Source: Basidiobolus meristosporus CBS 931.73
Taxonomy: Eukaryota; Fungi; Basidiobolomycota
Direction of reading: 5' to 3'
DNA length: 64,000 bases
Assembly (NCBI GenBank): GCA_002104905.1
Contig: MCFE01000004.1
Span: 1 to 64,000 of the forward strand
Shown here: one piece after another, positions 46,682 to 60,082 of the stretch
Position numbering within the stretch: the first letter of the stretch is position 1
Layout of the letters: every line of letters begins with the position of its first letter
Translations under genes and position numbers: made by a program
The notes under the pieces: generated by a model
Seen by the model: the letters and a program-made list of their open reading frames with translations, nothing else
The model's database searches: none
Told to the model about the DNA's origin: nothing

Positions 46682-48714
46682 ATGACCAAGATTGATCCCA
46701 ATACCCTTGCCAACATTGAAGAAGTCACTACCGAGCATCTTCACTTGGATTTGAAGGTTGACTTTGAGAAACAACGTCTTGTTGGAAGCGTCTTGTTAAC
46801 TCTTAAGACCTTGGCCGAGCAAGTTCATGAAGTTGTGCTTGACACCAATCATCTTGTTATTAATGGGGTATACGATGGTGAAAACCAAGAGAAATCATAT
46901 GAAGTAAGTGTGGCTCCACCAAAGTATTCTTGGGTTTAACTGAATAGCCGTGTTAACTAAAACCCCCTAGTACAAACTCAACGAAGAAGACCCTAAATTC
47001 GGTCGTTCCTTGACCATTTCGCTTCCCAACTCTCTCCCAGCCAACCAAAGCCTTAAGGTCCTCGTCAAGTACGAAACCACCAAAGAATGTGGTGCTCTTC
47101 AGTGGCTTCAACCCAGCCAAACTATGGGCAAAGAGCACCCATACCTTTTCACCCAATGTGAAGCTATTCATGCTCGTAGTTTGGTTCCTTGCCAGGACTC
47201 CCCAGGCGTCAAGATTACGTACTCTGCCAACATCGATACTCCCGCACCCCTCCGTGCTCTAATGAGTGCACTCCGTGTTAACGAAGAGCCAGAAGTCGTG
47301 GGAGATTCCCGTATCTACAAGTTTGAGCAGAAGACTACCATGCCATCATACCTGATTGCTCTGGTTGTTGGTGATCTGGAGGGTAGAGAAATCGGACCTC
47401 GTTCTACCGTATGGAGTGAACCAGCCATGATCGAAAAATGCGCCTGGGAATTTGTGGACACCGAGCAATTCATCAAGACTGGTGAGGAGTTGTTGACTCC
47501 ATACGAGTGGGGATGCTATGACTTGCTTGTCTTACCTGGATCTTTCCCTTACGGTGGTATGGAGAACCCATGTCTTACATTTGTCACGCCAACCCTATTG
47601 GCCGGAGACAGATCCTTGGTGGATGTTGTTGCACACGAAATCGCCCACAGGTATTTTTTGGAACTACATACTTGCTCTTGCACCATACTGACATGTCAAA
47701 TCCACTAGCTGGATGGGTAACCTGGTCACTACCAAGAGCTGGGTATGTATCAGCTTACTCGGCAATTTCCGAAAATGTGTACTAATGGGTTTCATCTTTT
47801 AGGAAAATTTCTGGTTGAACGAAGGATGGACCATGTTCATCGAACGCAAGATTATTGGTCGTATGCACGGTGAACCTTCTCGCCAGTTCAGCGCCCAAAT
47901 GGGTATCAAGGCACTTGAAGCTGATGTTGATTTCTTCGGCCATGATAACTCTCTTACTTGTCTCTGCCCCCGTCTCCATGGTGTTGACCCAGATGATGCT
48001 TTCTCCAGCGTTCCTTATGAGAAGGGCTTCAACCTTTTGTACTATTTGGAACAACATTTGGGCGGACCCAGCGTGTTCGAGCCGTACATGAAGGCATATG
48101 TCCAGTACTTCGCTGGTAAGGCTTTGACTACCAGTGAATGGAAGGATTTCCTTTACCAGTATATGGAGAAGACTCATGGCCAAGAAAAGGTCGATTTGCT
48201 CAACCAAGTGGACTGGAAGGCATGGCTCCACACTCCTGGCATGCCTCCTGTTGAAAACAAGTACGACCAGACTCTTAGCCACGCCTGTACCCAGCTTGCC
48301 AAGAAATGGGATGAGCACCGTGATGCTCCTGAGGCCTCTCCCAAGGACATTGAGGACTTCACCCCTGACCAAAAGGTCTTTTTCCTCGAGAAGGTTCTGG
48401 AAACCGAGCCACTCCCACACAGCACCCTTGAAGCCATGGACAAAGCATACAGCTTTACCCAGGTCCAAAACTCGGAAATCCGGTTCAGGTGGCAGATGGT
48501 ATGCCTCAAGGCTGAATATCAACCTATTTACCCTGAGGTCGTCAAATTCCTGGTAATCCAAGGCCGCATGAAGTACACTCGTCCATTGTACAGAGCACTC
48601 TTCAAGTGTCCTTCAGGATCGCAGCTGGCCAGGGACACGTTCATCAAGAATAGAGACTTCTACCACCCCATCTGTGGTAAACTAATCGAGAAGGATTTGG
48701 GATTGGCCAACTAA
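46682..48714 (+). CDS. LTA4H: Leukotriene A4 hydrolase-like M1 leucine aminopeptidase
   Basis: [31 protein letters not shown](S)W, NEGW, PYEKG and [10 protein letters not shown]; three introns. Confidence 0.94.
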
Positions 48715-48830
48715 GTGTGAGGGTGGTTTATTTACTGTAAATCATTTAAGCATGGTTCTCTCATTGTAGCTTCCCAGAAAAACATTGTTAGTTGGGATGT
48801 TTTTTGCGTTGTAACACGGGAATTGTGCGA

Positions 48831-49832
48831 CTAAATAGGTAGAATGTGACATCTAGAGAAAACGTTTAGTAATAAAATTCTCCGAATCGAGTTGCTGAAG
48901 GCTGTTACCCTAGTAAACCCCGACCGCCCCAGCCACTTTTCGGTGTCAGTTTCATCGTGATAGTAGTGGGGGTCTCGTCGACTTTGTCGTTGCGTTCGAT
49001 AAGCAGAATTAAAGTTTTCTTTGGAGGGGGGGGGCATTAGCGCGATATATATGTGCTAGGTACTGGTTCGAACATTACCCCTTCACTGGAAGCAACCAGG
49101 CGGCCCACTGCTTGAAGGTTTTCATGGTTTGCGTTTGTGATATCCCCAAAGCGAATGATCTTATCACCTTTTTCCAATCCCTAGATTGATTGCACTCAAT
49201 ACAGATGGGCATGAAAACCAAGCTATAGGAAAGAGTACCGCTAGCTGAGCAGGAGAATCCGGAGCGATGGCGTTAACAATAGCGAAAGCACCTTCGTTTC
49301 CTATAAACCGAAATAAGTATGGCTATATCAAGACAGGGGATTTGGCCACGATCAACCATCGCTGTATTCGGTACCATTGAAGTTTACTGCGGCTTTGGTT
49401 TCTGGCTTTTTCTGGGAGTGAAGTTCGTGAAGTAGATTTTCAATTCTGCTCATCACTTGTCTGAGATCGTTTCCAAGTGCTACATTCAATCACAAGCACA
49501 AATGGTTAAGTTCGATCGCCTTAATGTGACTTTTCTTTCACTCAACATTGAATATCAAAATAATTGTACCAATGATCTTGGCTCGTGCTGATCTTACTGC
49601 GTATACGTCAATATCGGCTCTTGGGAAGCCTTGTGAGTCTATTAATGAATCCTCCATCCCAACATTGTCCTTGTGTTTTTGGAATTAATAAGGGAATTCA
49701 GGGAATGGTCCGCAGCGCACTTACTCGAATAAGAACTTTCTCAAGCTCCTGTATTTCCTCCTCCAGTAGCTCTTTCTCTCGAATAGCTATACGAAGCTTT
49801 TCTTGAGTTGAATCGTAGATAGCTTTGCCCAT
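48831..49832 (-). CDS. PSMD9: 26S proteasome assembly chaperone Nas2/PSMD9 (Nas2_N + PDZ), multi-exon
   Basis: Spliced NVGMEDSLIDSQGFPRADIDVYAVRSAR, FAIVNAIAPDSPA and C-terminal GWGGRGLLG/CHILPI*. Confidence 0.88.
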
Positions 49833-50215
49833 GATTGAATAGCACTTTGGTACAAGGAAGTGGTTGCTCTATGCCAAAGTAGCATGACGTTGGATGTATA
49901 GATAAATATTTAGCGAGATTGCACCAGCCACTAAATCCTTACGATTCTTAGTTCTCCAACATGACTAACTTTAATCAAGATATCCGAGGAAAGCGCTATG
50001 ATTAATCAACACCTGACAGATTTTGACAATCTTGGTTCGAAGGATGAAAAACGAATCCAAGCCCATGAAAATGGCGATAAAAAAATATTTTTGTTTCTTT
50101 AGTAGTCACCGAAATGGATTTTTTACACCCAATCAATTGCCCCCGAATGACTTGATGTAAATCGCTGCACTCAACCCTAGCTTGAGTCGGGGAAGTGTTC
50201 ACGTTGGAGTTCATA

Positions 50216-52160
50216 ATGATTCTAAACGACGTTGAGGAAGTAGGTATAGAAACACTGCTCGATTCTTTCCCTTCACATGAATTGCTCCAAGAACATGCGT
50301 TGGTTCTTAATGACGAGGAGGATCTTCAACCACCGGAGACTTCATCTTCACAGGTGCAAATCCCTACCTCAACCAAAGTAAACGACATCATTGAGCAATT
50401 CTCTCATCTAACAAGTAAACAAGAAATCTATGAATGTTTATCAGCGAACTTGAAATATCAAGAAGCCTTAAAGCTTCAGCTGGCGCAAATAGAGGAGGCA
50501 CAAAAGCGGAATGCCTGGATGCAGAAAGAAATTCGGGAACTCTACCTTCTGGGTGGAAGACCGGCCAAAAAGCCCACTACGGCCACCACGAAGCAGAGCC
50601 TCCAATTCTTCTCTGAGTTCGAGGGTGAGGCACCTCCTGACAACGTAGATACGCTTCTGAGAAGGCAACAGCCTCTGCTGGTGGACAAATTCCGAAGGTG
50701 GACCGAGAAAGAGCGGCAGAATTTGGCAAAGGGCGTTAGACAACAGAACATGAAGATTCTGGGGCAGAAATATTTCAACCAGGAGAAAAGTAAGCTGTGG
50801 GAGGTGGCGAAAAAGTCCGACCGGGAGCTGGAGATGAATCTGGAGGGGCTGGATTGGAACCTTATCTCGAAATATCACGTACCCACTCGAAAGCCTAACG
50901 AATGTGCTATTCAGTGGAGTTGTCACGACCACCCGCTCATCAACAAAGAAGAATGGTCCAAGCAAGAGAGTCATCGTTTGGTAGAGATCGTAAAAGAGAT
51001 GGGAGGTAGAAACTGGCCGGAGATTGCCGTTCGTCTGGGCACTAATAGGACGGCTGTTAGCTGCTTCAAGCAGTACCAAAGCAAACTCAATTCTGCAATG
51101 ATCAGAAACCGATGGACCGAAGAAGAAGACAACATCCTAAGGGAAGCAGTCCACGTTTACGGCGAAAGAAACTGGCAACAGGTGGCGCATTGTTTAGATA
51201 ACAGAACCGGGCAACAATGCTTACATCGCTGGTCGAAGACACTGAATCCAGCTATTCGCCGTGGTCGATGGACCAACGAAGAAGATGAAGCCCTACGATC
51301 GGCAGTAGAGGTGTATGGGCCCGGTAACTGGGTCAAAATACAACAGCACGTGCTGGGACGAACAGATGTTCAGTGCCGAGAGAGGTACATGAACGTTTTG
51401 TGTCCCGATGTTGAGCAAGGTCCCTGGGCTACCGAAGAAGATGACCGACTTCGAAAGCTTGTCTCGGAGATTGGGGCTGGTAAATGGTCCCAAATCTCAT
51501 CACATATCGAGGGTCGCACCGATAATCAATGCTGGCGAAGATGGAAAATGCTGGTGGCTGAGGAAAAGCTGAAGAAGCTGGAGGAGGCCGGAGCGCTACC
51601 ACTATCGAAGCCACGGAAGGCTCCGAAAAAGGGGCCTGAGCGCAAGCGTCGCAGCGACATTGGAAGGAAGCGAAAGCCAAGAAAGCCATTATCTACGGCG
51701 ATTCAGATCAGGCAGCTTAAAGAGAAAATGAAAGACACTCATCCGTCCATCTTACAGGTATCTATATCCCGTTTGTGTTTCTGCTTGTACGTGATATATT
51801 AACCGACATTCTGCAGAGTTTCAAACTTATTCCCGTGAAGAAAAACCAGTCCACCGGAGGAAGCGCTCACGTTCGACCGGTGGCACCAACGATGGCTACA
51901 GTGGAAGGATTCGGACGCCTGCTCACCACCTTGAAAATACCTAATAATTTTGATACAGGTAGGTTGCGCATGCATTCCACATGATCATCTGTAGGATGCT
52001 AATTTATTGATTTCCAGAAGGATTCAGCGAAGATCAACTTCTCAGCTCGGAGGAACAAGAGACAGAGGAGTTCCAATTGCTCCAAGAACGCTTTCAAGCT
52101 ATATTCACCTGGCCCTACATCATAGGAACCATTGGAGGCCCAGTCATAGCAAAAGATTGA
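50216..52160 (+). CDS. Multi-repeat Myb protein, SNAPC4/SNAP190-like
   Basis: About 4.5-5 Myb repeats (WTEKERQNL, WSKQES, WTEEED, WTNEED, WATEED) preceded by an N-terminal coiled coil. The last exons and stop are inferred. Confidence 0.78.
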
Positions 52161-52541
52161 ATTTGAGCCATCTTTGCAGTTGTTTATACTGAGGACAATC
52201 ATCGATTAATTGTAGAAATCAAGTACATAATGTAATAATAAAGAAATACACATGATGCGTTTTCGTCTCTGGTTGAACCCTACGCTATTTTGCTTGGGTC
52301 CAATCCTCTCATAGATGAGTCTAGATAAGAAATCGGCAGCGGTCTAATCAAACTTGTAAGGCTTGTGGGTCTCAATCGGGCCTCGTCCCATTCATGAATT
52401 GTTCTAGACCGGTCGAATGGGACATCCAAACACATCAATGCATACATGCTTCTTGAAAGCGCTACTACCAACCGCGTAGGTTTTGTGGATAGCAAGAACC
52501 TTTCCTATAGTTTATTCGTGATCGTTCGAGTGCATTGAGTG

Positions 52542-54765
52542 ATGCTGGGAGCAGAGTATGGCTCCCGCAGTGAGGAAACTTGGGAGAATATAGACAAACG
52601 CGTCGAAAGTGAAACCCCCGATTTACAACCTATCAGCCCTTCCACGAGAAGGAGATCGCAACGTGAAAGCAGGCATACTACTACCTCAAAGAGTGAACTA
52701 TCCAACACGCAAGTGAAAATACTTAAAGCTGCTTTCGGTGTTTATGGATGTGTTTCAGATCACTCGAAACTAGAATGGCTCTCTCGTGTAGTAAAAGCGA
52801 GCACGAGCAGCATTTCGAACTGGCTTGATGTTCAACACCAACCCAAGCCCCAAAAGTCTATTCATAAGAAACCAGCGGCCAAAAGAACTCGTGTGAAACC
52901 CGATGCCACGAATTCTCCCAGCAGGGAAGCAGAACGTGCCTCGAAGAGATCGAAAATTCGCGACACGAGTGATTTTTCAGCAGAAAAAACCCATTTGCAG
53001 TTATCCCAGTGCCAAAATCCTACCTACTCGCGATTTGAGAAATGTCGAAGCTGCATCCGCAAAAATGGGGATGTGTGCCGTTTTAGAGGTTTTCGCGTAT
53101 TTCAGGAAAATTCTAAAGGCGAGCTCATTTATGGCCCTGCCTTCAAATCTTCTTCTATAGCTACCCAGCCGTCCAGTCTGAAAAGCCGAAGCAAGGATGT
53201 TTTTGTGAGTTCGATACCACAAGAAATACTCGCTTTGGGAAGCTCATCAAGCTTTCCCTCTGAAGTCAAGGCGAGACATGAAAATTATCTGCGGAAGACT
53301 ATCGCGCCGAGCTTGTTAGGGATTGTCAACCGAGAGATAGAATTTATGAGCGAAGGCATCTGCTATCAGAGGGCCGCTTCTATGGGGGTTCGACAAATGT
53401 GCGACATCTGTCTGACTTCGATTTTTAATGGGTTCTGGCTGTGCAGTATTTGTGGGATGGAAATCTGCTTATACTGCTATGGCGAATGGACTTCCCAGGG
53501 TCACAAAGCTAGCATGTGTTCCTACAAGCGCGCTCACAAGAAATCCCAGATGATTCGCATCTCTCGCGTCAACCTAGAAGAATTACAGCATCTTCGAAAT
53601 CAGATCCTCTCCAATATCCACCCAGCGGATGAAATCAAGGACTCTGCGGAACAATTGCGTGATTATCTGTGTGCTGACTATGGGAATGCCAGCCTAGAAG
53701 ACTTTCAAGAAAAATGGAGGAAAGGAGAGGCGGTTGTGATTCAGAATGTACTTCCCAACCTTCGTTTGGATTGGTCGCCGGATTATTTTATAAAGCACCA
53801 TGGGGACGAGAAGGCTGATATGGTGGATTGCACCAGTGGCTGTATGATCATGGACATGACAGTCGGGGATTTCTTTCGCGGATTCGACAGCACCAACCAT
53901 GGTGAGGATCGTTTGATCATGCGAATCAAGGTAAACACTTGACTTGCTTGCGTTCTATTCCAACCAATATACTAACCTCACCTTTGGTCGCAAGGATTGG
54001 CCATCCGACATGGATTTCAAGGACAAGTTTCCGGAGCATTTTGTTGATTTCATGAAAGCCTTGCCCTTTCGAGAATATACTCAACGCCGAGGTATACTGA
54101 ATCTTGCCAGTCGCCTTCCGGCTACCGTTGTCCCACCCGACCTTGGGCCAAAAATGTACATCGCATATGGGTCTGACGACGGTGAAGAGGGGGTTGGGAC
54201 CACTCCATTACATCTCGACATGGCAGATGCCGTCAATCTGATGGTTTATAAATCGCCAATGTCCCGTCAAGAAGGCAACAACGACATACTCCCAGAACGA
54301 GACGTATCTTCAACCAAGGAGGCTGGTGCTGTTTGGGACATATTCCATTTCCAAGATCTTCCGAAAATTCGACAATTTCTAAGTGAATATGCATTTGAGA
54401 TTGGTCAACCTATCGATGATCCCATCCATGATCAGATCTTCTATTTAAACAAGCCGATGCGCCAGCGGCTTTTTGAACAATATGGTGTACGAGGATGGCG
54501 AATTCATCAAAATCCCGGCGACGTTGTCTTCATTCCTGCTGGCTGTGCGCATCAGGTCTGCAACTACCAGAATTGCATCAAAGTCGCCATGGACTTTGTG
54601 AGCCCGGAAAGCGTCACCAAATGTGCGACCCTCACCAGAGAATTCCGGTTACTCAGCCAAGGCCATCGTCGCCGACAAGATTTGCTTCAGCTCGAGAGTA
54701 TCTTGTACCACTCTTGGGCCAACTCAGACCTAGTAACCAACAATACTGGTGGACCATGTAAATAA
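52542..54765 (+). CDS. JmjC-domain histone demethylase, KDM3/JMJD1-like
   Basis: CDICLTSIFNGFWLCSICG zinc finger, KDWP, LNLASRLP...PDLGPKMYIAYG, TTPLHLDMADAVN, GAVWDIF, HDQIFYL and FIPAGCAHQV. The start codon is uncertain. Confidence 0.9.
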
Positions 54766-55028
54766 ATTTGATTGAATAGCTTTTGGTGAATAATTACGCC
54801 ATCGGTCAATGCGAAGCTCAACTTGCGTATATTAAAGCCAGCTAAAAATAGTCTCTTTGGTTGGAATCTAATATAATCGCAACCAACCAACTCCAAAGTT
54901 CGAGGCTGCTCCATATTAACTTACGTTGTAACCTATTAGCAGTGACGTTGCTTGATAACTTATTCATACACATATGCTATTTATTGAGGACGGCCCATCC
55001 TTTTTCCTAATACTTGCTGACCTTTTCA

Positions 55029-57063
55029 ATGAACATCTCTTATAAGCTTCTCACTTGGATCACATTAGCCATTCTAACACTCTCACATTGTCTTACTATT
55101 CAAGTCGTTGGTCTTGATGCCATTGGTGAAGCCGACTTGGGCTCAGAAGGCGGTCCCGAGGTGAGTAGTGGGAAAGACGATATTGGTGACGATACTACAA
55201 ATACCCCGGATGACACCCCCGAGGCTGAGCCTTCGCAGGGAGCCGCTGAAGCTCCAAGTGAAGTTTCTCCCGATTCATACTGTCGAACCCTTGGAAATCT
55301 ATACTCGAGTATGAACGGCCCAGAATGGGCTCTTAAAGATAAATGGAGTGTAGACGGGACAGGCTGCTGCCTATGGTATGGGATAGGCTGCGATAAAAGT
55401 GGGCAGATTGTGACAGTGTAGGTGGTTCTAGAATCAGTTGATTAATTCCAAACTAATGAACCGTCTCCGTTTCGCAGCACACTGCGAAAGAACAATCTCT
55501 CTGGTCAAATTCCAGCAAGTATCTTCTCGATCGCTACATTACGACATCTGTAGGTGAAACTTCCACCGACTGCTATACGTCTACTAATATTTCTGCAGAG
55601 ATCTCAGCGATAATCATATTACTGGAGGGTTCCCGGAGATTCTTGGCGATGTGGCATCTTTAGTTTTGCTGTGAGGTCTAAGACCTGTTCACTAATTATC
55701 ATGAAACTAATAGATCGGTTCTACCCTAATAGGAACATCAGCTACAACCAGCTGACGGGATCGATCCCTTCTAGCATTAGCAGTATCACAAACCTTAAAT
55801 CACTGTAAGTAATTTGATCCATCCAGCTGAACTTCTACTTGGCATTCCTGACCTTCTCTCATGCTAGCCATTTGAAGAATAATCTGCTGTCCGGGGTTGC
55901 TGATTCTCTCGCTGAACTTTTGATGCTCTCGACATTGTATGAATCAACCAAAGGATGTATATGCAGAAGAAACACATTAACACATTAACACATTCTTTTC
56001 GTTAGGGATTTGGGCTTCAACAAGTTTACGGGTCAGATCCCGGGTGCAATCTTCAAATTACCTGCTTTGAAGACACTGTAGGGTTTTGTATATTTTAGTC
56101 ATTATTTAGATGTCTATTCACAATGTTCTAGCCTACTTAATGGGAATAACTTTACTGGGGAAATACCACCTGACATTGCAAGCCTTTCGTCGCTGGCCAA
56201 GCTTTACTTGAGTCACAATTCATTTGACGGGGATCTCCCTGTAGCTGTTGGGAACTGCATTAAGCTTCAAACGTTGTAAGTATAACCGCGAGTTACGCAA
56301 TTGAATTCTTTGCATTGATTCCGGGATTTTAGGGACTTGAGTCACAACCGCTTTAAGGGCACTTTTCTGGGACAATACACCAAGATGAGCAGCCTTGCGC
56401 ATTTGTAAGTAAAGCATGATGTTTAACTCTCCTGTCAGTTTCTAACACTATCAGCTGCTAGAGATCTATCGTATAATTTTCTAACAGGAAACATACCAGC
56501 GGAGATCGGCTCACTCACAAATTTGGAAACACTGTGCGTACTACGTAGCTTATTTTTGCCGTAACTTGCCCCTGCTAATCACTAAAATCCTTAGCAAACT
56601 AAACTACAACCAATTTGTGGGTGAAATCCCGAAATCGATTCAGGCGCTAACCAAGTTGACCATATTGTAATCATAGCAGAACAACGATCATTTGATTTGA
56701 ACAGCCACTCACTCTTTCTCACAGGAGGCTCAACAAAAACGATCTGAGTGGCAGTTTTCCTGACATCTCTGCCCCAGAAAACCTTATCCTAGGCAGTTGC
56801 AGCGTCCAGCCGAATCCTTTCGAGTCATGTCCACCCCTAGATCGTCAGAGCAATCAGACCACCCTTGCATATGTCTGCAATTTGGATTGTGCCAGTAAGC
56901 TTCTTGGATAACTTGCAACTCTCACACCACCTATTCTGAATGCATCTTAGGCAGATCCATTGCTGGGAAACTCACATCCACTGGCCACTCGAATGATGCG
57001 TGGCACAGCACAGTCGCTCTCTTGGCCGCTTTACTTTTCACACTCTTCAACCGGCAAGATTAG
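55029..57063 (+). CDS. Secreted, probably GPI-anchored leucine-rich-repeat protein (plant-type LxxNxLxGxIP repeats, LRRNT_2-like cap), about 12 exons
   Basis: Signal peptide, acidic linker and cap WSVDGTGCCLWYGIGC. About 11 LRRs follow, mostly one per 72-nt exon, then a Cys-rich C-cap and the hydrophobic tail HSTVALLAALLFTLFNRQD*. Confidence 0.85.
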
Positions 57064-57149
57064 ACGTTATTTGCAATTTATTCATGAACTATTTGTTTAA
57101 TAAAACCTGTTGAACATATTAACAAAATAAACTATTCGCTATCTAGTTT

Positions 57150-60082
57150 TTACAAACGGCTGATAAGCCCCATCATCAGATCTTCCATTAGGCCAGTTGC
57201 TTTGAGTACATCGCGAATCTCCTTGACAAGTATTATCTCCAAGTCGTTCTGAACATTCTCCGGAATCTCTTTAAGATCCTTGCGGTTACGCCACGGTAGG
57301 ATTACCTTCTTGATCCCCGCCCTATGGGCAGCAAGTACCTTTTCTTTGATACCGCCAACTGGCAAGACCTACAAAAGTTCCATTCGTTAGCATGAATATA
57401 GGGGATAGGATTAGACTCCATTTTGCTTACTTGGCCTCGTAGGGTGATTTCGCCGGTCATCGCCAAGTTGGGTGGTATGGCTCTCTGAGTGAACATTGAT
57501 ACTAGGCTGGTAACCATGGCAACGCCAGCACTAGGCCCATCTTTTGGTACGGCGCCTGCAGGAACGTGTAGATGTACATCAATCTGGGAGACCAGCTCGC
57601 TTTTGGTATCAGGTGTGATGCCTAGTTCAAAAGCATGAGCCTTCACCCAGGATAATCCTAACTGTGCTGATTCTTTTATGACATCCCCAAGCTTTCCGGT
57701 CAAATGAAGTCGCCCCTTGCCAGGCGATTGTGAGGCCTCGATAAACAATATATCACCAGAACCAGAAGCGGTCCATGCCAATCCAGTAACAACCCCTGGT
57801 ATCGAGGTTCGGCCGGCAACCTCACTCTCTACCTTCTCGACCTTCACGTAAGGTTAGCATCAATCCCTTTCTCACTACGATTAAGACGAAAAACAAACCC
57901 CAAGAATATCCACGACGCACTGCTCAGTGATCTCCTTGCTGTATATCGGTAGCTCTTTCTTCTCCTCAGCTTCAGCGTATTGAACAGCCTTGACACGACA
58001 TACAGCCGCTATCTCTCTTTCCAAATTACGGACGCCCGCTTCACGGGTATACTCGCCAATGATCTTAGTCAAGCTCCGTTCGGGTATCTCCAATTGCTCG
58101 TTTGTGAGCCCATGGATTTTGAGTTGCTTCGGCATTAAGTGATTACGAGCGATAACCAATTTCTCATCTATTGTATAACCAGGGATCTGGATCACCTCCA
58201 TACGATCGAGCAACGGTGCAGGTATTGTCTCATTCTGGTTAGCTGTGGCAATGAACAAGACCTTTGAAAGATCGATCGGAACGTTCAGATAATGGTCGGT
58301 AAAAGTGTGGTTCTGTTCAGGATCAAGCACCTCCAATAGTGCAGAGGCAGGGTCTCCGTGAATAGTTGAGGAGCCCAATTTGTCGATCTCGTCTATGATG
58401 ATACAAATATGTGCGTGTTGTTAGTTCGATGAGAGAATAAAGTAGGCTGAGAGGAACAAAGTACCCAAGAGAATCACAGGGTTGTTAACTCCACACTTTC
58501 GAAGCGCGTGGGCAATCAGACCTGGCATGGAGCCTAGATAGGTTCTTCGATGACCTCTAATCTCTGCTTCGTTGGAAACGCCACCTAGTGAAATGCGATG
58601 GAATTTTCTACCCAAGGCTGATGCCACGCTCTGGCCCAGCGAAGTCTTGCCTACTCCAGGAGGGCCGATCAAACACAGAATGGGTCCTCTCAGATCCTTC
58701 TTGAGCTTTCGTACTGCAAGGTATTCAATAATCCGCTTCTTGACTTTTTCCACACCAAAGTGATCATGATCGAGTTGCTGACGGGTTTTCTTCAGGTCGA
58801 TAATGTCCTCGTTAGAAATGGCCCATGGGATTTCAGATAGCCATTCTAGGTAGGTTTGAATAACTTGGTATTCGCCCATTGCAGGTTGCATACGCTTAAG
58901 ACGGCGCAATTCTCGTTGGGCAACCTTCTGGACTCCTTCCGGAAGGTTGGCATTCTTCAGTCTTTTGGTAAGCTCACCCAAGTCGTTATCATCTTCATCG
59001 TCGTTATCGTCTTCGTTGTGTTCATTGAGCTCCTTTTTTATGGCACTCATCTAAAAATACATGAGCATGTCAGTGTTGATAGAGACCATAAGAGGCGACA
59101 TTCAATGGCCTACTTGCTGGCGTAGATAGTAATCACGTTGCTTTTTACTCAAATTCCCCTTCACTGTAGAATGAACTTTTTGTGATATCCTTAATACCTA
59201 GAATAAAGTTTGGCTTAATGGGTGAAGGGGACAACTCGAAAACTCTAGTGGAATACCTGGATTTGTTTTATCAACAATTCTGCGGTCTCTTCCACCCGCA
59301 TCTTTAAATCAACGGCATCAAGAATCTTCAGTCGGTCTTCATATCCGAAATCGACCGTGCTGGCCAGTATGTCCGCCAGAGGTCCCGGCTTGAGGGTGTT
59401 GATGAATTTTTGTAGCTGCGTTACCATGGATTCTGGAAGTTTCAATTCTTGAAGTAGAACCAGCAACTCTCTGGCGGTCGCCTTAAGCTTCACCACAGCC
59501 TCTTCCACCGCTGAGTCTTTCACATCGTCTATAGTGGAAAGCATTAGACCAACCTAGATTCGCTATGAAGGGTCAAGCTGAAGCAACACTTACTGGGATC
59601 TCGGTGAACAAGAACGTTCGCTTCAAGATAAGGAGTATTCTTTACTATTGACTGCACCTCGATACGAGTTAGCCCTGTAAATTGAGTGCCATTGAATTGT
59701 TAAATTTGCAAATTCCATTAATGGTCATCCCATCGTAAAGCAAACCTTCTAGGACAACAATAAACCCCTCACGGACTTGTAAAGAACGTTTGAGACCAAT
59801 GATACGTGCTGCGCAACCCAATTTCCGTAATGGCGGCTCTTCCGCTAGCTTCTCAGCGTCAGTTTCTTCAGTGGGACTCGTCTGAGTGGTCAAAGGTACA
59901 CACCCTACGATTACCGCTTCCTTCTTGTCTTGAACACTTTTGATGACATCCTCCATGAGGGTTAGGTTATTTTTCTGAGTGATTTCCAAGCGGAGTATAA
60001 AGCCAGGCAGTAAGACCTTGTTACTCAGCGGAATGATAGGTAGAACCGAAGGGATATTAAGGACGTTCTGTGCAGAGGACAT
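57150..60082 (-). CDS. LONP2: Lon protease, peroxisomal type (LONP2-like), multi-exon
   Basis: N-terminal [14 protein letters not shown], Walker [24 protein letters not shown], catalytic PKDGPSAG and VGGIKEK. It ends in the PTS1 tripeptide SRL. Confidence 0.92.
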
